Below, in pieces: positions 22,997-34,420 of a stretch of DNA of 64,000 bases. Within the stretch, counting starts at the first letter, position 1, and every line of letters starts with the position of its first letter. Below the pieces are notes generated by a model. That model was given only the letters and a program-made list of their open reading frames with translations, searched no databases and had not been told where the DNA came from. The stretch is from Rhynchopus sp. YZ270_cl-10 (lineage: Eukaryota), in assembly GCA_964035575.1 (NCBI GenBank), contig OZ037843.1, positions 62,001 to 126,000 on the forward strand. Reading direction: 5' to 3'. A program made the translations under genes and the position numbers.

Positions 22997-23922
22997 TCAA
23001 CTGCCATAAAAAATCCAAAAAAAGTACTTCAAGTACTTTGGACATCCATGACTGCCGTCGTTGCCGTGAAAAAAACAATAATAACGGACGTGAAAAAAAA
23101 AAAAACGCCCTTCTTCTTCTGAAGCATGCACACCATGAAATAAACAAGAATAAAAATCAAGAGCCACAAAGGCTTAGAAACCCTCTACTCCGACATCATA
23201 GGGACCCCAAGGGAAAAATGCGAAGGGTTTTCCCGTTGGCCTATACCAACCGAGAAAAACATAACAAGAACCCATGTTTGTGCGCACCACCGTTGCAGCT
23301 TGGGGACTCCGCAACAAGTTTTGCGATAAGAAATTCTTGCTTTTAAAATGAGGCAAAAAACAACAAAACGTTCCTGACCAGTTCGATTTATATTTTTCCT
23401 TCCTTCAAAACTTCACACACAACGTTTTTGGTTTTGGGAGACACACAAGGTGTCAAGTTATATATGCACGGAACCACCCTGCACCTGTCTGTCATGTTGT
23501 TTCCCGTGCAATACATTTCGCGTCTTGTTCATGGGGCCTCGACACATGTACTGTGCCTGACTTCAGCATTCCCAGCACCTTTCACCCCTTCAGGAGGAGT
23601 GACACAAAGGGCACAAGGGTTGAAGGAAGGTGTGTGGAAAAAACAACAACAAAACAACGAATTGCTAAGAAAAAAAACGAGGTGTGTTGTGGGAAACTGC
23701 GACATTCAGGGCGATTGTGGGCTGGTCGCGGGACACTTCATAATTACTTGTTTTTTTTTTGAAAACCAGTTTTTGTTTTGAAAAACCGGTTTTCAAAACC
23801 AGTTTTTTAACCCACCCTAATACCCTGCTAGGCTATAGTAACTTGCATCTACCTTTTTTTTCCGAAGAATCTTTCTTTTTCTGTATTACAAAGCTACACT
23901 TTGAAGTGTCGTCTTATTCGCA

Positions 23923-25029
23923 TCAACCTTCGAACCATGAGCTCAAGCCCATCATGCCTCCGTATTTTTCATAAAGATAGTCATTGAGACCGTATTGTTC
24001 GCAGTTGTCGATGTTGACAAGGTGTTCGTTACCCTCCCAAGTCTGCTTCGGCAAGTCGCTGTCGCTCCACGGGAATTCGATCGTGACCGACAAGAAGTCA
24101 TCAATGAGGCGCTTGAAGCTTCGAAGGCGATGCAGATCACGCAGCGTGACACTATGGATGTGTTCGGTACCTGGCTGGGTCTCAATGGGTGTGTTCCGAC
24201 GCAAGTAATCGACAAGCTCCTCTCTTGCCCTTGAGATGACGGACGCATCTCCGCTGCCGTTCTCCTTTTTATCTACCACTTTGAAGATGGTGACCCACAT
24301 CCACGTTTTCCCAGGTGACTGATAGAGGATCGTCTCCTGCTGGTCAGCAGTCCACAGGGCCCCCACCTCAAAGGGGACTTTGAACAGTCCGGAAAGAGGG
24401 AGGTCAAAGTTGACGTCAAAGCCACCGATCCGCACGAGATTCAGCTTTTCTCCTTCCAGGTGTCTGTCAGGGTTCTGCGTTGTGATTTTTGAGCTATCAC
24501 ACTGCGCTGGGCACGTAATCGCGATCACTCCTTTCTCCATGTAGCCACTTGACAGCAGTCGCAAATCCGCTTGCCTGTCCACCACCCTCATGTAGTCCAA
24601 GTACACAAGCGACAAGCGATGGCCCACCACGTCTTTGAACTGCGGGTTCTTCAGGGTGTCGGTTACCGTGCTGTGATACACATGCAACCCCTCGACCTTC
24701 TGACCCTTTATCTTGTCGAAGTCGTGCCTGCTTGCGTTTGGCAGATGCACCTGCGATGGGTCCCACTCTGACTCAAACAGAACACGGCATGTGTTCAAAC
24801 GAGGGCCGTCCAGGACAAGCGCTGTCGATGCTGGGGACGGGACACCGTGGTGGCGTGCCAACAAGGTGTTGACACGGGACTTCGCCTCGTGAGGGTTTGC
24901 GTCGTCGAAGGCAGAAGACTGGGAAGCTCTGCTGCTTGGGGTGTAGCGGCTGACTGGTCCCCCATTCCCTTCGCGCCCTTCCTTGCCATCAGCCAGCTTC
25001 ACCTTTTTCCCCCTACCACGCCCTGACAT
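23923..25029 (-). CDS. 368-aa protein; putative SAM-dependent methyltransferase-like fold with chromo-like C-terminus
   Basis: GC-rich open frame with ATG and basic N-terminus (GRGRGKK). Motifs ALVLDGP, VHLPN, LVYLDYM, VIAIT; C-terminal W...TWEGNEHL. Domain calls by eye only. Confidence 0.7.
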   Translation of the reverse strand: MSGRGRGKKVKLADGKEGREGNGGPVSRYTPSSRASQSSAFDDANPHEAKSRVNTLLARHHGVPSPASTALVLDGPRLNTCRVLFESEWDPSQVHLPNASRHDFDKIKGQKVEGLHVYHSTVTDTLKNPQFKDVVGHRLSLVYLDYMRVVDRQADLRLLSSGYMEKGVIAITCPAQCDSSKITTQNPDRHLEGEKLNLVRIGGFDVNFDLPLSGLFKVPFEVGALWTADQQETILYQSPGKTWMWVTIFKVVDKKENGSGDASVISRAREELVDYLRRNTPIETQPGTEHIHSVTLRDLHRLRSFKRLIDDFLSVTIEFPWSDSDLPKQTWEGNEHLVNIDNCEQYGLNDYLYEKYGGMMGLSSWFEG

Positions 25030-26139
25030 ATTGTGAGGAGGGCAAACGATGTTAACCTGCGTGTCGTGAAGTGATACAGTTTGACAGTGGGAGGGGGAGG
25101 GGGAGGGGAGATTTTTTGGGTGAGTTTCCTCCGCACCTTTGGTTTGCTTCGTTTCTTCTCATGCAATCACCACTACACAATGTCTGGGGACGAAGAAGAA
25201 GCACGCAGGATGGCGTCTTTATTGTGTCAGGCACAGATGACTGAAAAAGTGTCAAAAGGGGAGGTACAGGGAGGGGGCAGGTTTTTTTGTTACTCAGCTG
25301 TTGCTGTTAACCCCTAGAAGGGGGCGGGGTAAGGCTCCCCGTCTTTTTAACATTTGAAAACTTTTGAAAGACGTTTATGCCTTGTATCGCCTATTATTTC
25401 AAAAGCTGAAAAGGGAGACCCTCAGTAGAGAAAAGTGATACCTAGGGTTGAAGGCCATCATGTTATCAGATTTTTTTGTTTTTGTTTTTGAAAATTTGGT
25501 TGTATTAGTATAGACACCAAGAGGATGAACTATACATATTATTTGTTTGCTCCGCAGCGTGACCTGAAAGTCACGCTCGGACCAGTTTTTGGGAAAAAAA
25601 TGTTTTTTCCCCCTCAGTGAACAAGGAGTGATGGCTTTTGACATGTCTTGTATTTCTTTTGTTATTTCAAAAGCTGAAAAGGGGGAACCTGAGGGTGGGG
25701 GGCTTACAGTAAGACAACAAACACCGGTGGGGTAGGAACATAGGTGGGGTAAAAACTAAGGTGGATTTTGGAATTTCAAAATTCTAAGGAGGGTTTTTAC
25801 CCCACCGATGTTTGTTGTCTTACTGTAGTTGAAAAACAGATGAGCTGGGACTAGGTTTAACACACGCATACTGTTACTCTTCGACTGAAAAATGCACAGC
25901 CCTACTGCCGGTGCTATGCTATGTAAATGACGAAAGAAAACAGTTACTAGATACGTACCACACCTGCCACACGGTAGTACAAGCACACCCACATCGCGAA
26001 AAAAAAATAGGAAAATTGGGGTGATCAAGAAAGAAATAATTAAAGCAGGCTGGCGGAACGGAACTGAGGCGTATTGGAGTGCCCCAAATGTACCGCAAAA
26101 AAAATGCAAAAATAAAAACTGATATCTGAGTGTAAGCTA

Positions 26140-26674
26140 CTGGGGGGGGGCTAATAAAGTATACGGTGCTAATAAAGTATACGGGGGTAATAAAGTATAC
26201 GGTGCGGAAACCCATTTTGAGCGTGTAAATCTGTGAAATAAAGTATACGGTTTTTGTGTACATTTTTCTTACTAAAAAAATTTTTCAGCAAGTTTTGCAC
26301 AAAAAATCGAAAAAAAAATTTTTTGATTTCGGTGGTCCGGATTCTGTGCGTGCTGTGATGGGGTCACTTTGCGCTGAGAAACGAGTATTTTTGACCTAAA
26401 ACGCGTGTATCAGTTTTTACACGATTGGTGCTGATGGGGTTCAGATTTGTGAAAATTTAAGTCACCAAAAAATTGTTCATTTTTCCACATTGACCCCACC
26501 ACTGGCTGGGATTGGCCCAAAAATGCCAATGGTGGTGTTTTCGCGAGGTTTCGGCCACTAGAAACCCCAAAATAACAGTGATTTTTTTTTTTTTTCCCTT
26601 TTTCGTTTTTTGGCCATTTAAGCAGTAATTCCCGCCGAATAAAGTATACGTATACTTTAATAGCTCCCCCCCAG
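26140..26674. mobile_element. TA-flanked MITE
   Basis: TIR CT(G)nCTAATAAAGTATACG / CGTATACTTTAATAGCT(C)nAG; internal TAATAAAGTATACGG repeats; TA TSD. Confidence 0.8.
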
Positions 26675-28608
26675 TAGTCTGATAAACAAAGAAACGAAAT
26701 CAAACGAAACAGAATTTTTTCGTTGATTGCACCGAATTTTTGTGGAAAAACCAAGACAATTATACCCGCCAACTGATCTTGATAACTTGATAAAAGGAAA
26801 GAAGGCTTATTTTCGTTGAACGCAGCCCAAAAGGTGAAATCCTGATGTGTCGCAAAGTGAAATGATGTGAAAAAGAAATGGATAAGTCGTTAACAAGTCA
26901 AATGTTGGCTTTCTTTTTTTGTCTGGTTTCTAAACACACTTCGTGGAGGGGAAAAAAGTGAGCAGGGACAAAATCAAAAAAAATTATGTTGATAAGTTGT
27001 GTCGTGTTTACGTCGGTCTCACCCAAAAAACTCGGGAACAGCTCTCGTGCATAGTTCCTCCCCCTACGACTTTTGCAAGGCAGTTTGTCTCAAAACAAGA
27101 ATGAATGAAATGAACAAATTTGATACACTATACTTTCCAATAGACGCTAGTGGTATATTAGAAGCAGGATTGCTGAAAAAGAAAACAGACCCTGAAGGCA
27201 CGAAAAAAAAAAATGCTCCGCATACCGGACGATACATACCCCTCCATCGGTTCGAGCAGTCAACACCTTCATAGAGTTTCAGGAGGAACGGACCCCCTCG
27301 GATGCAGTTTATAGTCCAGCCCAGGACCTTAGATTAAACAATAGAGAAATACAAATAAGAAAGTAAAAGGAAGAAAAGTTTTTAAGATAGAACCTAAGCC
27401 TCTCTGTGCTTAGTCACCTTAGGTCACATTCGTTATCGCAGTAGCAACAGCTGCGCGAGAACGAAACAACAGACGTTGACAAATAAATGAAACAACAAAA
27501 TCCTACAGGACAGAAGGGAAGCACAATTTTTATTCCGTATTCCGAGTCCTGCGACCGTACAGATTTTTTGGAGGCAGAGAACCGGAACAAAGAAAAAAAA
27601 TTGCTTCCCAGGAATCCCTAAAAAATGCGAAAAAAAGGGAGGGAGAGGAGCTACCGGAAAAAATGATTTATTGTTATTTTGTAACAATAAATGGGAAAAA
27701 CGAGCCTTCCTAAAAGAAGATTGAAACAAAGTGAAGTTATTAATGCAGGCATCTCCGACTGACCCACGTACGTTGCCAGCCATCCGGATGAAAGCACAAG
27801 TACCCTGCGGCCAACAACAGAAGATGTAAAAAGGAAACCTAATGACTGGCCCGTACCGTAAGAGAACGAGGGCGGTTCACAACCGCTCGACAGCCGGCGG
27901 CCCACCTTCCGTTGAAGAGTTGTGAGCTTACAGGTACTGCAGTTCGCTGCACCCAACGCTTGGTGCACGATAGTCTACACAAGAGAGCAGAAACCCAAAA
28001 ACACAAAAAGGGGTGGGCGGGGGGGTCACAACATCTCTCTCTTGGCGCCCCATGCTGTACCGACAGTTGGGCCTCACCCTTTCTCTTAGGGATATACATG
28101 GACGTCCTTACAGGCAGCACACCGTAACCCAAAGGCGTGGCAGAGAGACTCCGCAGAGCGACTCTGGCCTGACCGCTGGCCATTTATGCTCCGGGTGCGA
28201 GCACCCATCATAGCATAGGGGGGCCAGCCTGACCCAGCATTTATATACCCTGCCAGGGTGAACTTGCATAAAAGAGGGCAGGGGCGTTTAGACCCTGAGG
28301 ACTAGGGGAAGTCCCGCATACCCCAACAGAAAGACAAAGGCTATGCACTGGTGATAAAGGAGAGGCAGGGTTGCTGAAAAACAAAAAGACCCTGAAGGCA
28401 CAAAAACGCCCCGCATACCCCTCCTCGCCTCCTGTTTTGTAATCTCTCAGGTAGGAGACATCGGTTCGAGCGGTCAACACCTTCATAGAGTTTCTGGAGG
28501 AACGGACCCCCGGATGCAATTTAAGGTCCAGCCCAGGACCTAAAAAAGGAAAAATGATGGTAAAAATATTTTAAAAACGTTGGAGTCCCTCGGGAGGTTT
28601 CTGAAACC

Positions 28609-29784
28609 TTAAAATCTATATTGGTCTTCACCCCTCTGAGTTTTCAACCTTCGGAGGCTTCTTGTAGTACTGAAATAAAACTCGAGAGAGAAGATATTCG
28701 CAAGATGCTTTGTGACCACACCCTGCCAGTAGCGAATCATTCCTTGGTCCCCACAATCCGTGGTGACGTTGTACTCAGCCTCACACAGGCACTTCCCGCC
28801 TGCATCACATTCACCATGACCGTGGCACGTCACATCGTCGGTGCAATAAACATCACAATCATGACCGTAATAATGAGGCAGGCATTTTTGACAGTTTGTG
28901 TCCTCATCGAACCCTTGGTCACAATCGCATCCAAGCTTGGCGTCATTGTATGACCCTCGCGCGTTGCACATGATGTCACTGCACGTAGTAGCAGGGTCGC
29001 AGTGAAATTCGCATGCAGGACCAACCCAGCCGTCGTTGCATTTGCATTTGGACACATCACCTTCGCATCTGCCGTTCCCGCTGCAGGTAAGCGAAGGACT
29101 GCAGGCGCAGGCTGCGCCTTTCCAATGTACCCAATCACCGTCGCAAGTGCACGCAGTCAAAGCTCCTGTCGCGTCGCATTTCCCTTGGCTGCATTGCGCA
29201 TCGTCGCAAAACACTTCACAATGCGGACCATACCAATCGTCATCACAGAGGCAGGGCAGGCCTAAGGTGTTGTGGTCGCAATACCCGTTGTTGCTGCAGA
29301 ACGTACGGCACGTCTTGTCGCAGGAGTTGCCAATCCAGCCAGGGTTGCAGACACAGCTGAACGTGTCGTCGCAATGCTGGTTCTGTCCACAGTGTTGGTC
29401 TGTGTAGCATACACCTTGTGAGGCACACGGCGTTCCAGGGGTGCATGGGATGTTGCAGTATACCCCGGTCCAACCAGTGCTGCATGCGCAGGCGGATGTG
29501 AGTGGATCGCACGTCCCGTGGCCGTGGCATGTCTCTGAAGGGCTGCAGGCGCAGCTCAGACCAACCCAACCTGGGGTACAGATGCAGTCGGAATTCTCAC
29601 ATTGTCCGTTCCCGTTGCATGTCTCTGAAGGGCTGCAGGCGCAGTCGTCTCCTGTCCAGTCGCCAGGACACCGGCAAGAGTTGTCGTAACATAAGGACTT
29701 CGCCCCTGGGCACTCAGCATCGGAAGTGCACCTCTGAGAACGAACTGCCCACAGCATCGCCAAACCCACAAAGGAGCGCAACAT
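28609..29784 (-). CDS. Secreted cysteine-rich EGF/tenascin-like repeat protein, copy 1 (391 aa from MLRSFV)
   Basis: Signal-peptide-like MLRSFVGLAMLWAVRS; repeated C..GxC...CxC..GWxGxxC units. Confidence 0.88.
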   Translation of the reverse strand: MLRSFVGLAMLWAVRSQRCTSDAECPGAKSLCYDNSCRCPGDWTGDDCACSPSETCNGNGQCENSDCICTPGWVGLSCACSPSETCHGHGTCDPLTSACACSTGWTGVYCNIPCTPGTPCASQGVCYTDQHCGQNQHCDDTFSCVCNPGWIGNSCDKTCRTFCSNNGYCDHNTLGLPCLCDDDWYGPHCEVFCDDAQCSQGKCDATGALTACTCDGDWVHWKGAACACSPSLTCSGNGRCEGDVSKCKCNDGWVGPACEFHCDPATTCSDIMCNARGSYNDAKLGCDCDQGFDEDTNCQKCLPHYYGHDCDVYCTDDVTCHGHGECDAGGKCLCEAEYNVTTDCGDQGMIRYWQGVVTKHLANIFSLEFYFSTTRSLRRLKTQRGEDQYRF

Positions 29785-31486
29785 CGTTGTGCCGCTGTCC
29801 AAATGCGAGAAAAGGTGTTGAACCTGCGATGTGAAGGTGTGTGTGTGGTAGGTACTGAGTAAAAGCTCAAACGGCCATTTTAATACGCATATTTGTTCCG
29901 CACGCATAATACTGTGAAAACCAGTTGAACAATCCCAGCATGACAGAGCAGGAGGTCATTTGACCACTTTCCTGGATGCCAGGAAAGGGGAAGATGATTT
30001 TCGCGTCGAAGGCATCCTCAAGGTGATCTCAAAAACAGTTGGGTAGGGGTGGCTTTTATTGTTTTCCATTTTAAAATGATTTTTGTAGCAAAACCAAGCC
30101 ATGCAATAGGCAGGGGAAGGGACCGAGGTCTCTTCGCGTGGGCCATTCAACAGGGGAAGTGTGGGTGGAAAAAGAGATAGGGCAAAACACCTCTGATTTG
30201 CCTGTTCCCCCCTGCCCTATGTAGCACAACAACAACAAGCAAACCCTTAAAGTGCGAGAGATGAAACACAGAAAGGGAGAAAGTGGAAACGGTATACTCT
30301 AATTACATCCGAAGAACGTGTCTTTTCATTTCCAGGCTCGTACAAAAAAGTGAAGTTGATGCTGATAACGGCGTATGACGTGGGTAGCGTACCAACTAAA
30401 CAAAAGATGAAAGGGGTTTTTATTATTTCTTGGATATAAAAGAGAAAAAAACAAGAGTGCAGTGCACGATAAGCAAGACTTGGGTGCGCCTCTCTCGACT
30501 GAAAAAGGGGTCTGCCCGTCCTACTGAAATCATGCACAAATATTCAGAATTTTTTTAAGATAATTTTTTTAAGATAATTCCCTGTGTATTTTCCTTAAGG
30601 AAAATACAGGCAAAAATCCAGGTAAAAATCACTTTGTACAGACTATGCCTGGCGGGCACAGGGTGTGTCAAAACCAAAAAAAAATTGCTCGAATGGACGT
30701 TTCTGGGTTCCGGCATCTAGAGTCAAAAAAAATCTATTTTTTTTTCGCGAAATTTTTTGACTTAACACTGGTTGTGCTTAGAAAACCCGAATTTTTTACC
30801 CTTGAAAAGTGCATTTGAGGAAGTCACAATGCGTCAAAACGAAAAGGTCGTTTTTGGCACTTTTAAAACCGGGCTCCGCTGAGTTCACCATATTTTTGCT
30901 CGATTTATTTAGTGGAGTAACTATTACTTTATCGTATGTGTGGACAAAAATTTGGGACGGAGCGTAAATGAATCACTTGATCATCGTTTTGCACATGATT
31001 TTTTGAGTCGGTTGCAGAAATCATCTCTCATGATTTCTGAATCGGTAGAGTTGGCTAGCCGAAAACAAAAGGACTGATATTTAGTTGTCAATATTCGTTC
31101 ATTTTTGATAAATTGTTGGAGTAGTGTAGTTGCCTCGGTTGTGTTGCCACAGTTGTGCAATCTCCACTGTCAATGTTTTTTTTTGTTTTGTTTTCTTCCT
31201 TTTTATGTACTAAGATGTTCTGTCTGCTCACCGAGAAAGAGTGACTTAAAGAGTCTTGGTCTTAGCTGTCTTCTATACGTAGTGTATTCCGTGCAATAAT
31301 TGCTACCAATCCAAACCAATACTAGTCACATCCTGTTTGTGTACCATCTATTAGTGTAGCCACCCTAGAGCGTGCTCCACTATATTCTGATGCCTGCGCG
31401 AACAGATGAGAAAGATTCAGTTGGGAAAAAGTAAGCTTGCATCTCTTTATTGTAACGTTGGAGTCCCTCAGGAGGTTTTTGAAACC

Positions 31487-32572
31487 TTAAAATCTATATT
31501 GGTCTTCACCCCTCTGAGTTTTCAACCTTCGGAGGCTTCTTGTAGTACTGAAATAGAACTCGAGAGAGAAGATATTCGCAAGATGCTTTGTGACCACACC
31601 CTGCCAGTAGCGAATCATTCCTTGGTCCCCACAATCCGTGGTGACGTTGTACTCAGCCTCACACAGGCACTTCCCGCCTGCATCACATTCACCATGACCG
31701 TGGCACGTCACGTCGTCGGTGCAATAAACATCACAATCATGACCGTAATAATGAGGCAGGCATTTTTGACAGTTTGTGTCCTCATCGAACCCTTGGTCAC
31801 AATCGCATCCAAGCTTGGCGTCATTGTATGACCCTCGCGCGTTGCACATGATGTCACTGCACGTAGTAGCAGGGTCGCAGTGAAATTCGCATGCAGGACC
31901 AACCCAGCCGTCGTTGCATTTGCATTTGGACACATCACCTTCGCATCTGCCGTTCCCGCTGCAGGTAAGCGAAGGACTGCAGGCGCAGGCTGCGCCTTTC
32001 CAATGTACCCAATCACCGTCGCAAGTGCACGCAGTCAAAGCTCCTGTCGCGTCGCATTTCCCTTGGCTGCATTGCGCATCGTCGCAAAACACTTCACAAT
32101 GCGGACCATACCAATCGTCATCACAGAGGCAGGGCAGGCCTAAGGTGTTGTGGTCGCAATACCCGTTGTTGCTGCAGAACGTACGGCACGTCTTGTCGCA
32201 GGAGTTGCCAATCCAGCCAGGGTTGCAGACACAGCTGAACGTGTCGTCGCAATGCTGGTTCTGTCCACAGTGTTGGTCTGTGTAGCATACACCTTGTGAG
32301 GCACACGGCGTTCCAGAGGTGCATGGGATGTTGCAGTATACCCCGGTCCAACCAGTGCTGCATGCGCAGGCGGATGTGAGTGGATCGCACGTCCCGTGGC
32401 CGTGGCATGTCTCTGAAGGGCTGCAGGCGCAGTCGTCTCCTGTCCAGTCGCCACGACACCGGCAAGAGTTGTCGTAACATAAGGACTTCGCCCCTGGGCA
32501 CTCAGCATCGGAAGTGCACCTCTGAGAACGAACTGCCCACAGCATCGCCAAACCCACAAAGGAGCGCAACAT
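31487..32572 (-). CDS. EGF-repeat protein, copy 2 (361 aa; lacks one 30-aa EGF unit)
   Basis: Near-identical to copy 1 with an in-frame 90-bp deletion. Confidence 0.88.
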   Translation of the reverse strand: MLRSFVGLAMLWAVRSQRCTSDAECPGAKSLCYDNSCRCRGDWTGDDCACSPSETCHGHGTCDPLTSACACSTGWTGVYCNIPCTSGTPCASQGVCYTDQHCGQNQHCDDTFSCVCNPGWIGNSCDKTCRTFCSNNGYCDHNTLGLPCLCDDDWYGPHCEVFCDDAQCSQGKCDATGALTACTCDGDWVHWKGAACACSPSLTCSGNGRCEGDVSKCKCNDGWVGPACEFHCDPATTCSDIMCNARGSYNDAKLGCDCDQGFDEDTNCQKCLPHYYGHDCDVYCTDDVTCHGHGECDAGGKCLCEAEYNVTTDCGDQGMIRYWQGVVTKHLANIFSLEFYFSTTRSLRRLKTQRGEDQYRF

Positions 32573-33164
32573 CGTTGTGCCGCTGTCCAAATGCGAGAAA
32601 AGGTGTTGAACCTGCGATGTGAAGGTGTGTGTGTGGTGGGTACTGAGGAAAACTCAAACGGCCATTTTAATACGCATATTTGTTCCGCACGCATAATACT
32701 GTGAAAACCAGTTGAACAATCCCAGCATGACAGAGCAGGAGGTCATTTGACCACTTTCCTGGATGCCAGGAAAGGGGAAGATGATTTTCGCGTCGAAGGC
32801 ATCCTCAAGGTGATCTCAAAAACAGTTGGGTAGGGGTGGCTTTTATTGTTTTCCATTTTAAAATGATTTTTCGTAGCAAAACCAAGCCATGCAATAGGCA
32901 GGGGAAGGGACCGAGGTCTCTTCGCGTGGGCCATTCAACAGGGGAAGTGTGGGTGGAAAAAGAGATAGGGCAAAACACCTCTGATTTGCAGCCAGTGAAG
33001 ATCCTGCTACCTAGAAAGGGGGGGGTTAGAACACCCGGGTTGTTGTTTTGCGGGGAAAACTGAACTAACATTTTGCAATAGTAGTTGGTGATAGCAGACA
33101 CCTCCGACTGACCCACGTACGATGCCAGCCATCCGGATGAACAGCATAAGAAGGAAGAACTATT

Positions 33165-33291
33165 CATAATTTTACGGTAATTATAACCCCATACTTACAC
33201 GCAGGTGGTTTATGTCACGAGCGGGTATTAACCCAAACGAGTGACATAAACCCACCTAAGTGCAATTAGGGGGGGATAATTACCAATTATG
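33165..33291 (+). other. Solo imperfect hairpin of the YR-associated hairpin family
   Basis: GGTAATTAT..CAC GC AGGTGG TTTATGTCAC GA ... GA GTGACATAAA C CCACCT AA GTG..ATAATTACC. Confidence 0.7.
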
Positions 33292-33979
33292 ACGAGTACA
33301 AAAAGTTACAGTATCTATAGAGTGGGGGTAGTAAATTGCAACCACACATCCTACTTTTCCCCACAAACAGTAAAACAATAAAAACAATAAAGACAAAAGG
33401 GAGAGGTTGTGATCCAACACCTCTACCGAAAAATTTAGGGGTTTTGGCATTTCGCCACGATTCTGGAAAAATCGATGGCGATAGCGAACGCCCTGAATGC
33501 AACATTATTTTTACTACGAGGGTAATAAAATGAAAGCAAAAAGGAAGGAATGTTTATAATGTGGCCCTAAGCCTCTCTGTGCTTAGTCTGATTAGATTAC
33601 TTTTTTCCTGTGCTTAGTCACCTTTGATCACATTCGTTATCGCAGTAGCAACAGCTGCGCGATAACGAAACAACAGACGTTGACAAATAAATGACCAACA
33701 AAATCCTACAGGACAGAAGGGAAGCACAATTTTGTTTTTGTTTTTTTTTTCATACTCCGAGTCCTTGCGCGCGGACAGATTTTTGTCAAATTTGAGAAGA
33801 TTAACTTGGGAAAAAGTATTCTTGTACTCTTTCTTGCTGATCGTTCTTTTACATTGCCTGCGTGCGTACAGATTTTTTGGAGGCTGAGAACCTGAACAAA
33901 GAAAAAGATGTTGTGCTTCCCAGGAATCCCTACACGGTGCGGTCTGTCGTGCTTGGAGTGTGTAAATAACGGACTTACC

Positions 33980-34110
33980 CCCTGAGTCCGACAGTCGGAC
34001 CCCCTGAGTCCGACAGACGGACTCAGGGGTCCGTCTGTCGGACTCTGGAGTCCGACAGACGGACTCTGGAGTCCGACTGTCGGACTCTGGGGTCCGACAG
34101 TCGGACCCAA
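33980..34110. repeat. Palindromic minisatellite GTCCGAC(A/T)G(T/A)CGGAC, left array
   Basis: Seen directly; matching array at 44897-45030. Confidence 0.9.
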
Positions 34111-34420
34111 AAAAAAAAAATTTTTTTTTTTTGGGCCGAAAAAAAAAATTTTTTTTTTCATAGTGTGAGAACGATCGTGACGGTTTTTTTCAAGATCTTG
34201 AACTTTTTTTCAAGATCTTGACATTTTTTTTTTTTATATCACATGTGAAAATGACTTTTTGCTGGGATCCTTCACAAACGGGGCGTGAAATAAAGTGAGC
34301 TTTTTTTCACGCTTGCTCTTAGTAATTTCGCTGGAGGCGTGAAAAAAAGTTTCACTGGCGTGAAAAAAAGTTTCACTGTTTTCTGTCAGTCACAAAACCA
34401 CACACTCCACCCTACAAATC

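Larger units (their letters stand above)
21303..23053. mobile_element. Outer TIR element hosting three nested MITEs
   Basis: 29-bp TIR with 1 mismatch: AGTCATGAATGTCCAAAGTACTTGAAGTA / TACTTCAAGTACTTTGGACATCCATGACT; no clear TSD. Confidence 0.75.

Noticed and set aside
27220..28545. Dispersed repeat (27250-27330, 28460-28540, inverted at 57330-57400), possibly a retroelement 5' region
   Set aside because: Repetition is real, but no RT ORF, poly-A tail or TSD was found, so it was not classified.
33980..34110. CRISPR-like palindromic repeats (also 44897-45030 and 53080-53290)
   Set aside because: No unique spacers of regular length, no cas genes; they are transposon subterminal repeats.
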